Part shown: positions 1 to 12,300 of the stretch, one piece after another
Layout: every line of letters begins with the position of its first letter
Numbering within the stretch: position 1 is the first letter of the stretch
Origin: Hemiscyllium ocellatum
Taxonomy: Eukaryota
DNA: 64,000 nt
Assembly: GCF_020745735.1 (NCBI RefSeq)
Contig: NC_083409.1
Span: forward strand, 15,285,873 to 15,349,872
Reading direction: 5' to 3'
The notes under the pieces: generated by a model
What the model saw: only the letters and a program-made list of their open reading frames with translations
Told to the model about the DNA's origin: nothing
The model's database searches: none
Translations under genes and position numbers: made by a program

Positions 1-29
1 CAATTCAACAGCAGGGACCAAAGAACAAG

Positions 30-1120
30 GGACAATACAGCACAGGAACAGGCCCTTCGGCCCTCCAAGCCTGTGCTGATACATTTTGCCCTTCTATACT
101 GAAACTATCTTCATCGACAGGATTCATATCCCTCTATTCCCTTCCTATTCATGCATTAGTGCAGGAATTTCTTGAATACTTCTATTGTGTCTGCTTCCAC
201 CCCCTCCTCTGGCTGTGTGTTCCAGGTAGTCAACTTCCTCTGTGTGAAATACTTGGTTTGTACACCTCTTTACAATGAATTCCCCCAAACCCCTGCACCT
301 TGAACCTGCGTCCCCTAGTATTTGACCCCCTCCACCCTGGGAAAAAGTCTCATTATTTCCACTCTGCCTATCCCATTCACAACTCTGTAAACTTCTATCA
401 GGACGCACCTCATTTTCCTGCATTCCAGTGAAAACAAACTCAGTCTCTCCAACCTTTCTTCAGAACTACAATCCCCCCATACCAGACAATATCCTGGTAA
501 ACATTTTCTGCACCGTCTTCAAAACATCCACATCCTTCTTTTTGGACTGTGTGCAGTTCTATGCAACCAGAACTGTGTGCACTATTCCAAGTGTGGCCGA
601 ACTAAAGTTCTATAAAGCTGCAGCATAACTTGTCTGTCCTTACACTCAATGCCCCTTCCAATGAAGGCAACCAGGCCATCAGCCTTTTTTACTGCCTTAC
701 CTCCCTGTGCTGGCACCTTCAGTGATCTGTGAACATACACACCCAGATCCCTCTGCATATCAATACTCCAAAGGATTCTGTCATTCACTGTATAATTCCC
801 ACCTGTACATCACCTTCCAAAATGCATCACCTCACATTTGTCTGGATTAAACTACACCTGCCATTTTTCTGTCCAAGCATCTCTATCCTGCCATATCCTA
901 GATAATCCTTCTCATTCTCTGCACTTCTACCAATCTTTGTATCAATTGTAAAATTACTAATTAGACCAGCTACGCTTTCCTCCAAATCATTTATGTAGAC
1001 CATATACAGCAGAGTTCCCTGTGGAACACCACGAGTCACAGCCCTCCATTCTGAAAACCATCCCCCCATCACTGCCCTCTGTCTCCTCCTACTCAGCCAG
1101 TTCTGTGCCCAATGCTGGAA
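30..1120 (-). mobile_element. Degenerate CR1 LINE 3' portion (RT C-terminus + 3'UTR)
   Basis: Translated fragments NWLSRRRQRAV, VTRGVPQG, YINDL and QRDLGVYVH, with frameshifts. Confidence 0.85.
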
Positions 1121-2734
1121 ACATTTTAGACAAGACACCTTGTCGCCAGCTCTTACTGCAACTTGATCCAGTTCATTCAGAAAGAGGAAAAGGACAATGT
1201 GCAGATTGTTGAACAGGCCCCTACACCTGGTCCTGAGGCAGGAGCCCAATCTCCAACACACTGGCCTCACTTCACACCAACCTTCACACAGTGCGGGGTC
1301 ATGAACTCCGGCCATCAATCCCTCTGGGACCGGGACGGGGTGGGGGAACAGGGACAATTGTAGAAGAGTCAATAAGGAGTAAAGAAAGATGGAGAGAGTG
1401 TGTTGGAAAGTGTTCAATGGAGGGAACATACCTTGCGATACCCAATACTGACAGAGTCTCCATGTATCACAGAATGTACAAAACAGCACTCCAGTAATGT
1501 GGCTGACCCTTACCTGCCATTTAAAAGGCTAAAGAAGCCACTCAGTTTCAGGACAGGTAGGGATGGGGAACAAATGCTGGTCTTGCCAGTGACTCCCACA
1601 TCCCAGAAAAGAATAGATGGGTTCAGTGATAACACCGTCACCTGAACCTGCAGGTTTCAAGCCCACTCCAGACACTGGAGCACTGTCCTGAGGCTGGCAA
1701 AGGCAAAGACGCCATCTGCTGGATGATCGGTTAAACCACTGCCCTCTCAGGTCGATGTGAATATAAGGGCTTTGTGACCATCTCAGGGAAAATCTCCCCA
1801 GTGTGCTGACCAATGCTTCTCTTATAACCAATGGCATTAAAACAGATACATAAACAAAATACTGCAAATCTCAAATAGAAGCACGATGCTGGAGAAAGGG
1901 AACAGGTGCAGCCTCTGTGGGAGAGGAGGTTTAACTTTTTGGGTTCAGTGATGTTTTATCAAAAAGGCAGCAAAATTATATTTTATTTAATTTTATGCTG
2001 TTTTATATTATTTTCTTTAAATTTTGTTGAAAACAAGTTTACCCGCTTGATTGGAACCACATTCACACACATGCATTCCCCCCACACCGACGCTCAGTAA
2101 CAGCTCTGTGTACTATTTACAAGATGCACTGCAGAGATTCACCAAAGATCCTGAGACAACAGCTTCCAAACCCATGACCACTTATATTTGGACAAGGACA
2201 GCAGGTACACGGGACCATCACCCCAGCAAGTTCCTCTCCAAGTCATTCACCAGTTTGACTTGGAAATATGAAGCAGTTCCTACATCATCACTGGGTCACA
2301 ATCCTGGAATTCCCCTCCTATGACATTGTGGGTCTACCAACAGCAGACTGACTGCAGGGGTTCAAGATGGGAGCTAATCACCACCAGGTCCAGGGCAATT
2401 AGAGATGGACAGTAAAAAGCCTGGTACAAGAGAGTGTAAACGTGCTTAAGGACCAGAAAGTGAGACTGCGATGTTTCAGTTATTCCTGGACATTGGTGTG
2501 ACCACATCTCAAATACTGAGGGTAGTTTTGGTCTCCCTATTGAAGGAAGAATATAAATGCATCGGAGGTGGTTCACAGGAATTTTACCCGATTGATCCCT
2601 GGAATGAGTGGGCTGTGATGAGGAAAGATTGGAAAAGGAGATAAAGGGAATGGGGCGGAGCAGGGTGTTGAGGTAGGGATAGGTTGAGAATGGTAGAGAA
2701 TATGACCTGATTAGTCGATGGGAGAGTAATTTGT

Positions 2735-2980
2735 ATTCATCCCTCCCATCAACCAATCCTCTACCTACCTTCACCTATCCCCATCTCACCACCTGCCCCC
2801 CACTACTCCCTTTATCTGCAGCTCCCCCATCATTCCCCCACCTCCCAACCCACCCCCATTCCTGAAGAAGGATTACAGCCAAAACATTGATTTCTCCACC
2901 TCCTGATGCTGCCTGGCTTGCTGTGTTCTCCCAGCCTCCTGCTTGTCAACCTTGGATTCCAGCATTTGCACTTTCTTTTG
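2735..2980 (+). mobile_element. Penelope-like element 3' terminal fragment with a decayed hammerhead core
   Basis: CTGAAGAAGGATTACAGCCAAAACATTGAT followed by CTGATGCTGCCTGGCTTGCTGTGTTC, homologous to the end of the Penelope element at 42480-42595. A second copy lies at ~52190-52435. Confidence 0.7.
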
Positions 2981-3267
2981 TCTCTAATCTCTTCAGGGGC
3001 CTGGATGAGAGTGAGGGAATTGGGTTTTGATGGAGCTACCCACAGACTCAAGTCAAAAGAAGCAAAGCAAGAAAGGCAAGTGGATCGAATACAAGAGACC
3101 AAATTGTGAGCAAAAACCAATTATTACTAGTTTAGCAATTGCAAAGCAGAGAGTGACAACATTGAATTGCTTCTGGTGTCATCCTCTGTGCCCTAACATT
3201 TCACAGTGCCAGCTCCACATCCTTCCATTGGCTTTGTCATTGAGAGGCAACAGTTCCCTTCCCACAG

Positions 3268-4873
3268 CATAGAACATAGAACATAGAAAAATACAGCGCA
3301 GTACAGGCCCTTCGGCCCTCAATGTTGCGCCGACCGAATCCTACCTAACCTACACTAGCCCAATAACTTCCAAATGCCTATCCAATGCCCGTTTAAATGA
3401 CCATAAAGAGGGAGAGTTCACCACTGCTACTGGCAGGGCATTCCATGAACTCACAACCCGCTGTGTAAAGAATCTACCCCTAACATCTGTCCTATACCTT
3501 CCACCCCTTAATTTAAAGCTGTGTCCCCTTGTAACAGCTGACTCCATTAGCGGTAAAAGGTTCTCAGTGTCTACCCTATCTAAACCCCTAATCATCTTGT
3601 ACACCTCTATCAAATCTCCCCTAAACCTTCTTTTCTCCAATGAGAACAGCCCCAAGTGCCTCAGTCTTTCCTCATACGATTTTCCTACCATACCAGGCAA
3701 CATCCTGGTAAACCTCCTCTGCACTCGTTCCAATGCCTCCACATCCTTCCTATAGTATGGCGACCAAAACTGCACACAATACTCCAGATGAGCCGCACCA
3801 GAGTCTTATACAACTGCAACATGACCTCAGGACTCCGGAACTCAATTCCTCTGCCAATAAAGCCCAGTACACCATATGCCTTCCTCACAGCACTATTTAC
3901 CTGGGTGGCAACTTTCAGAGATCTGTGTACATGGACACCAAGATCCCTCTGCTCATCCACACTACCAAGTAGCCTACCATTAGCCCAGTAATCCATCTTC
4001 TTGTTACTCCTACCAAAGTGAATGACTTCACACTTAGCTACATTGAATTCCAATTGCCACCTTTCTGCCCAGCTTTGCAACTTGTCTATATCCCGCTGTA
4101 ACCTGCCACATCCTTCCTCACTATCCACAACTCCACCGACTTTTGTGTCATCCGCAAACTTACTCACCCAGCTTTCAAGCCCCTCCTCTAGATCATTTAT
4201 AAAGATAACAAAAAGCAATGGTCCCAAAACAGATCCTTGAGGTACACCGCTAGTAACTGCACTCCAAGATGAACCTATACCATCAACTACTACCCTCTGT
4301 CTCCTTCCAGCCAGCCAATTTCTAATCCAAACCTCTAATGCACCCTCAATGCCATACCTCCGTAGTTTTTGCATTAGCCTACCATGGGGTACCTTATCGA
4401 ACGCCTTACTAAAATCCATATACACAACATCTACTGCTTTACCCTCGTCCACCTCCTTAGTCACCTGCTCAAAGAACTCAATAAGGTTTGTGAGGCACGA
4501 CCTGCCCTTCACAAAACCATGCTGACTATCCTTGATCACGTTATTCCTATCCAGATGTTCATAAATCTTATCCCTTACAATTCTCTCTAAGACTTTGCCC
4601 ACCACAGAAGTCAGACTCACTGGCCTATAGTTACTCGGGCTATCCCTACTCCCTTCTTGAACAAGGGGACCACATTCGCCATCCTCCAGTCTTCTGGTAC
4701 TATTCCCGTTGACAATGACAACATAAAAATCCAGGCCAATGGCTCTGCTATCTCCTCCCTAGCTTCCCAGAGGATCCTAGGATAAATGCCATCAGGCCAG
4801 GAGACTTATCTATTTTCATCCTTTCCAGTATTCCCAAAACCTCTTCCCTACATACTTCAATGCCATCCATTCT
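3268..4873 (-). mobile_element. Young 5'-truncated CR1 LINE (RT domain) with a 1-bp frameshift
   Basis: ORFs 3685-4620 and 3350-3775 carry QHGF..GRSC, DFSKAFDKV, GVPQGSVLGP and FADD. The 3' tail is (TTCTATG)3. One G is missing at ~3792 relative to copy 2. Confidence 0.96.
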
Positions 4874-5859
4874 AAAATGCACTTTTAATATGTCCTGTCC
4901 CAGGGAATCACTGACAAAGAAAATATTTCACCATTTCTGGAAAGTTGGAGAAATGTTAGATGTCAAGGAGCTGTTTCTCAGCCTTCAGGGTCTGACAGAA
5001 GGATGTGTGTAGGCTGTGGATTCTGGAGACAGATCACTGAGATATTCCTCACTCCCATCAACACCTGACTTTATTCTGACATCAGTTTCTATTCTTCATT
5101 ATAAAGTACCCCCACCAGTTTCAGACTAGACATTTCACACCCAGCCCCCATTTCCTCACATTGGAATCAAGAACCAAACTTGCCCCATCTCAGGATTGCC
5201 CTCTGAATGTGGTGTCAGTGTGCTAATGCTGTGTTTGAATGAAAGAGCCACAGTGGAATCTGGGACTGAATCCAAGGGGTTTCTGATCCACCAGCAGCCT
5301 CCCCGCTGTGTATGAGATTCTGTTTGGATAAGATTTCAGCCCATGGTTCCCACTGATACGAGAACCATGGAGTGAGATTGCTGGAGCCACATGTGGACTG
5401 AGGAACACAAAGTCAGGACAATGAGCTGCTCTGGAATCCACCTGAGCCCTGGATGGTTGTCACTGAGATAGCCCAGGGGCTACAGAATATGACAGCAGAA
5501 AGTGGAACCAGTTTATCATTGACTGTCCTCCCCAGCCGTGACTCCCAGACTCCCCCGGACTGAACATTCTCAATCTGACTCCAGGGACACACGGGGCAAT
5601 TCCATCTCATTTGAAGAGTAAAGAAAACCCAGGTCTAATTTATGGAATATTTATTTCCCAAATTGTTCTTATGCAATTGTTATTCTGAGTAACAAGGTCC
5701 TGCTGGTCATATTCATCAATTTCGGGTTCCCAGTGGCTCTGGCTCCCAAACAGTTGATTTGAATTTCTTGGCTTTTGATCTTGCTGTGCCTAAGGGATGG
5801 GTGAGCGTTGATGGGGAATTTGCATCAGATTATTGTGTTCCCCATTGTCCCCTCCTGAT

Positions 5860-6310
5860 CATGATCCTGATTACAGCCTGGAGACCTGGACATAACTTTC
5901 ATCAGATTCTTTATTTCTTGCAGTTCCTCAACTCTACCCACCCAGATTCTACTTCTGACTCTATATCACTTCTTGCTATTGATTTAATTTCATTTCTTAC
6001 TAAAAGGCAACTCTTGCCCCTCTGCCCATCTGCCTGTCCTTTTGATAGGACATATATCCTTGGATATTTAGTTCCCAGCCCAGAGCCCCTGACAGCCATA
6101 TCTCTGTGATACCCACAACATCATACCTGCCAGATTCAATCTGCACTACAAGTTCATTCCTGCATTGACTGCACTTCTTCCCATCATTGTCCTCTTATCT
6201 CTTGTGTTTGATGTTCAACTCTTGATCCTTTCCGTACTCTCTGTCCTATTATATCTTCCAGAAACCTGAATAACTTCTCCTGAGCCCTCCTCCACTTTAA
6301 CTAGTTTAAA
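5860..6310 (-). mobile_element. CR1 endonuclease-domain fragment
   Basis: ORF 5911-6099 ...GVALLVRNEIK..ESGWVELRN; orthologous to the 34385-34895 fragment. Confidence 0.75.
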
Positions 6311-6774
6311 TCCCTTGGAAACTCAATTTACCTCAATTTGTGGCATCACTTTGTCTCCGTACTCGGAATGGTTCATGCATTTAGATAAAACCTCTTTAAG
6401 TTTGTTCTATTATTGATTTTCCCTGCACATGGTTCCTTTGATATTCAAAATTCTGCCCCTTCCTTTTATTTTCTGGTAACAATCAATCCCATCACTATTC
6501 ACCAACCTACCTGCTCCTTTCCACTCTATTTCCTCATTTTCCATCCAACTCAACCGAATTATTGGGTCTTTGAGTTGAGTTCAGGACAATATTTATCTTT
6601 GAACCAGCATCATTAACAGTGGTCTTTGATCTCATTGCTTTTTATGGGATCTTGCTGAGTAGAAACTGGCTGCCACTTTCCGACATTGTAACAGTGACTG
6701 GTTTTCAAACAAAACTGTCTATAAATGTCTTTGGGAGAGTCTGAGGTGTTAAGGGTTCAATTGAACTTCAGTTA

Positions 6775-7455
6775 GAGTCAGAGATTTGTACAGCACGGAA
6801 ACCAACCCTTCAATCCAACTCATCAATGCTGACCAGATATCCGAAATTAATCTAGTCCCCTTTGCCAGCATTTAGCCCATATCCCTCTGAACTCTTCCTA
6901 TTCATATACCCATCCAGATGCCTTTTAAATGCTGTAATTCTACCAGCCTCCACCACTTCTTCTGGCAGCTTATTCCATACATGTACCACCCTCCACATGA
7001 AAAGGTTGGCCCTTAGGTCCCTTTTAAATCTTTCCACTGTCACCTTCAACCTATGCCTTCTAGTTTTCAACAGCCCCACTCTGGAAAAAGATCTTCTCTA
7101 TTCACCCTATCTATGCCCCTCATGATTTATGAACCATTATATTGTCACCCTCAGCCTCCAAAGTTGCAGGGACAATAGCCTCAGCCTATTCAGCCTTCTC
7201 CAGATAGCTCAAACCCTCCGACCCTGGCAACATCTTTGTAAATCTTTTCTGAAGCATTTTAAGATTCACAACATTATTCCTGTAGCAGGGAGACCAGAAT
7301 TGCACACAGTATTCCAAAAGTGCCCTAACCAATGTCCTGTACAGCCGCAACAGCTCCCAACTCCAATACTCAATGCACTGCCCAATAAAGGAAAGCATAC
7401 TGAACAACATCTTCACCACACTATCGACCTGCAACTCCACTTTGAAGGAACTATA
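6775..7455 (-). mobile_element. CR1 LINE 3' end
   Basis: ORFs 7186-7440 (LYRTLVRALLEYCVQFWSP) and 6852-7079 (VWNKLPEEVV). Confidence 0.9.
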
Positions 7456-8819
7456 CTTTTTTTTGGATGAACTGGGAATCCTTCAGTTGTGAAAGATGCC
7501 ATTCCATGACACCATTGGAGGAAGAGCAGGCAGTTCCCCAGTGCCCTGGTTAATACTTATACCCCAATCAAAATCAATAAAAATCTATTTCCCTGCTAAT
7601 TATCATAATGTGTTTGGGATCTTACTGTGCACACTCTGCTGGAAAGAGCCATTGGGGCATCCTGAGTTGGGGACAGGTGCCACACAAATTCAAGTCTTTC
7701 TTTAAAGTTGGAGCTTCCTGATCCTGACCCTCACCCATTGTCCGTGTACTCTCACCTTCCAGGGGTCATTGAGTCATTAGGAGAAGTGACCTTGGCTGAC
7801 CCTGGGGCAGTGAGACTCTTTGTAGCCTCACCCTTGACCTCAGCCATTGGTGTGCAGCAAGGTTTGAAATGTAATCTGGAACCTTCCACATGGACACCCA
7901 ATGAAGTGTGTGGATCCAAGTCTGCTCCAATGTTCTCAGATAAAGTTCTCCTGATCTGTGGGTGATAGCAGGTTTGTTAAAGATGTATTGAGCTCCATCC
8001 TACTTTCCAGCTTTTCTCCATAGCTCTGGAGGTTTCGCTGTTTCAAGTGAATATTCAAGTGTTTTTCAATGTGATGATGGTTTTGGCCTCTCCCACCCTT
8101 TCAGTCAGTAAGTCCCAGATCTCACCAGCCTCTGGGTGGAAACAGTTACTCCTCAACTCCCCTCAAACCCTGCCCCAATTCATTTCAATCTCTCCCCATG
8201 GCTATTGCTTCTCTGCTGATGGAAATCAGTCCTTCCTACCCACTCTGTCCAGGGCCCTCATCATTTTTACACACCTCGAATGCTCCACCCTTCAATTGAT
8301 CACAGCCGATCATCCAACACAATCCCCTGTTCCTCCTTTCTCCCCACATTCTTTGATCCCTTTAATCCTAAGAACAATATTTAATTCCTTCTTGAACACA
8401 TACCACATCTAATTCCCTCATACTGGAAGAATGGATGAAATTATTGGGTTGCTATTTTTTTGACCAGTCTGGACACAATGGGCTGATGGGCCTTTTGGGT
8501 CTCTATGATTCTATGATTGTATATTATGAATAACTGGGTACCAAGGACTGACCCCTGTAGTATGACAATTGGTAACTACCTGCCATTCAGAAAAAGACTT
8601 GTTGTTTCTGTCCTGTCTGCCGACCAGTTCCCAATCCATGTCAGTACATGACCTCAATCCTCTTGTTCGTTGGGATTTCCTGATTCAGTTGGACATATTT
8701 CATCCTGTCAGTTCTTTGCCTTCTCAGGTCCTGTTCAATGTCACCCTGCATTTTCTATCCTCCTCTCAGCTTTCTGCAGGTTTGATCTCCAGATAACCAA
8801 CATCACCATCACTGTTTGG

Positions 8820-8832
8820 NNNNNNNNNNNNN
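8820..8832. other. Assembly gap (13 N)
   Basis: Run of 13 N. Confidence 1.
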
Positions 8833-9309
8833 TGCTAAGTTCTAAAGAAAGGCTATAATTCTTGAACTTTCAGCTTTATTTCTTCCATTTTCTACTTAAA
8901 ACTAAAAAGATCTGCAACGTGTAACTTTGAACTTTATTCTTTCTTTCTACCTTGTTCTTACGATTCTGTACTGAGGTCCTTGTACCTAATGATGGGCATT
9001 GTGAGGTGACGTTACACACTTTTCACTGTACTCCAATACTTTTGCACTCGAGTACATGTGACAATAAACTAAAATAAAAATCAAATCAATATCAATAACA
9101 CCACCAATTTATGTGGCCTCTGAAAACTTTCTAATTATACAATCACAGTCAATTTGTTAATGTACATTACAAACAGCAAGGGTCCCAGCCCCAATCCCTG
9201 CCTAAAACCACTGGTCACAGGCTTCCAATCACAAAGACAACCCTCCACCATCACTCTTTGCCTCATATTTGGATCCAATTTGCCAAAATGCCTTGGATCC
9301 CATGGGCTC

Positions 9310-12300
9310 TGACCATAACTTCAGGAAAGGCCAGAGAGGTGCAGGTGTCTTCTGTGGCTATTCCCATTTCAAACAAGTATGCTGCTTTGGAAAATGTAGG
9401 GAGTGATGGAAACTCAGGGGTACTTAGCATGAGCAGCCAAGTTCCTGGTATTGACACTGGCTCTAATGTAATGGGACGTACGTCGGGTTCCAAATGATCG
9501 ACTGTGTTAGGGGACTCTCGAGCCCGAGGAACAGAAGACGTTTCTGTGGCCAGCAGTGAAAAATCAGAATGGTGTGTTGCTTCCCTGGTGCCAGGATCAA
9601 GGATGTCTCAGGGAAGGTGCAGAATGTTCTTAAGGTGGAGAGGGACCAGCAGGAGGCCATTGTACACTTTGGAACCAACGACATAGGAAGGGAAAAGGTT
9701 GAGATTCTGAAGGGAGATTGCAGAGAGTTAGGCAGGAATTTAAAAAGGAGATCCTCGAGAGTAGTAATATCTAAATTACCCCCAGTGCTATGAGCTAGTG
9801 AGGGCAGGAATAGGAGGATAGAGCAGATGAATGCATGGCTAAGGAGCTGGTGTATGGGAGAAGGATTCACATTTTTGGATCTTTGGAAGCTGTTTTGAGG
9901 TAGAAGTGACCTGTACAAGAAGGACAGATTGCATCTAAATTGGAAGGGGACTAATATACTGGCAGGGAGATTTGCTAGAGCTGCTGGGAGGATTTAAACT
10001 AGTAAGATGGGTGGGAGGGACCAGGGAGATAGTGAGGAAAGATTTCAATCTAAGATTGGTACAGTTGAGAACAAAGGCAAGTCAAACAGTCAGGGCAGGC
10101 AGGGACAAAGCAGAGAACAAGGTAAGACTGATAAATTAAACTGCATTTATTTCAGTGCAAGAGGCCTAACAGGAAGGAAGATGAACATAGGGCGCGGTTA
10201 GGAACATGGGACTGGGATAGCATAGCAATTACAGAAACATGGCTCGGGATAGACAGGACTGGCTGTTTCATGTTCTAGGATACAAATGCTACGGGAAGGA
10301 CAGAAAGGGAGGCAAGAGAGGAGGGGGAGTGGCATTTTTGATAAGGGATAGCATTACAGCAGTACTTAGGGAGGATATTCCCAGAAATACATCCAGGGAA
10401 GTTATTTGGGTGGAACTGAGAAAAAAGAAGGGGATAATCACCTTCTTGGGATTATATTATAGCCCCCCTCCAGTAGTCAGCGGGAAATTGAGAAATAGAT
10501 TTTTAAGGAGATTTCAGTTATCAGTAAGAATAATGGGGTGGTTATAGTAGGGGATTTTAACTTTCCAAACATAGACTGGGACTGCCATAGTGTTAAGAAT
10601 TTAGATGGAGAGGAATATGTTAAGTGTGTACAAGACAATTTTCTGATTCAGTATGTGGATGTACTCCTAGAGAAGGTGCAAAGCTCGACCTACTCTTGGA
10701 AATAAGGCAGGGCAGGTGACTGAGGTGCAAGTGGAGGAGCACTTTTGGTCAGCGACCATAATTCTATTCATTTTAAAATAGTGATGGAAAGGATAGACCA
10801 GATCCAGAAGTTGAAGTTCTAAATTGGAGGAAGGCTAATTTTGCCAGTATCAGGCACGGTGGCACAGTGGTTAACACTGCTGCCTCACAGTGCCAGTGCC
10901 CCGGGTTCAATTCCCACCTCAGGCAACTGTCTGTGTGCAGTTTGCACATACTCCCCATGTCAGCGTGGGTTTCCTCCCCAGTCTAAAAAGTGCAGGTTAG
11001 GTGAATTGGCCATGCTAAATTGTCCATAGTGTTAGGTGAAGGGATAAACATAGGGGAATGGGTCTGGGTGGGTTGCTCTTCGGAGGGTCCGTCTGGACTT
11101 GTTGGGCTGAAGGGCCTGTTTCCACACTAAGTAATCTAATCTAAAACTCTGAAAAGCTGATTGGGGGAAGTTGCTCACAGGTAAAGGGACAGCTGGAAAA
11201 TGAGAAGCCTTCAGAAATGAGATAACTTGAGTCCAGAGAAAGTATATTTTAGTTCGGGTGAAAGGAAAGGCTGGTAGGTGTAGGGAATATTGGATGACAA
11301 GAAACATTGAGGGTTTGGTTAAGAAAAAGAATGGAGCATATGTCAGGTATAGACAGGATAGATCGAGTGAATCCTGAGAGGTATACAAAGGCAGTAGGAG
11401 TATTCTTAAGAGGGAAATCAGGAGGGCAACAAGGGGACATGAGAATGTTTTGGCAAATAAGGTTAAGGAGAATCCAGAGGGGATTTTACGAATACATTAA
11501 GGACAAGAGAGTAACTAAGGAGAGAATAGGGCCCCTCAAAGATCAGCAAGGCGACCTTTGTGTGGAGCCGCAGGAGATGGGGCAGATACTAAACGAGTAT
11601 TTTGCTTCTGTTTAACTGTGGAGAAGGATATTGAAGATATAGAACGTAAAGTAATAGATGGTGACATCTTGAAAAATGTTCATATTTCAGACGAGGAGGT
11701 GCTAGATGTCTTGAAATGCATAAAAGTGGATAAATCCCCAGGACCTAATTAGGTGTACCCTAGGACTCTGTGGGAAGCTAGGGAAGTGATTGCTGGGCCT
11801 CTTACTGTGATATTTGTATCCTCAATAGTCACAGATGATGTGCCAGAAGACTGGAGGTTCACTAATTGGTGCCACTATTTAAGAAAGGTGGTAAGGACAA
11901 GTCAGGGAATTGTAGACCAATGAGCCGGAATCCTGAGGGACAAATTGTCCATACATTTGGAAAGGCAAAGACTGATTAGGGTTGGGCAGCATGGTTTTGT
12001 GTGTGGGAAATCATGTCTCACAAACTTGATTGAATCTTTTGAAGAAGTAACAGAAAGAATTGATAAGGGCAGAGCATTAGACAGGATCTGAATGGACTTC
12101 AATAAGGCATTCGACAAGGTTCCCCATGGGAGACAGGTTAGCAAGGTTAGATCTCATGGAATACAGGAGAACTAGCCATTTGGATACAGAACTGGCTCAA
12201 AGGTAAAATACAGAGGGTGGTAGTGGAGGGATGTTTTTCAGATTGGAGGCCTGTGGCCAGTGGAGTGTCATAAGGATTGGTGCTGGGTCAACTACTTTTT

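Larger units (their letters stand above)
1..4563 (+). repeat. Segmental duplication block X, copy 1
   Basis: Colinear and ~98% identical (by eye) to 49456-54021; the ORF track repeats at offset 49455-49457. Confidence 0.95.
5860..8330 (+). pseudogene. Relic paralogue of the distal kappa J-C intron, with no C exon
   Basis: Direct-orientation, diverged (~70% by eye) match to 34385-36150, including a shared CR1 truncation point followed by CCTCAATTTGTGGCATCACT (~6320 vs ~34905). It is interrupted by a CR1 at 6775-7455. Confidence 0.7.

Noticed and set aside
1291-1497. Open frame shared by the X and Y paralogues (GHE..PLGP..IVEESIR.K.RW..GK; also 45912-46169, 50746-50952, 61010-61267)
   Set aside because: Codon-by-codon comparison shows most differences at first and second positions rather than third, so there is no sign of purifying selection. 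No splice context or recognisable domain.
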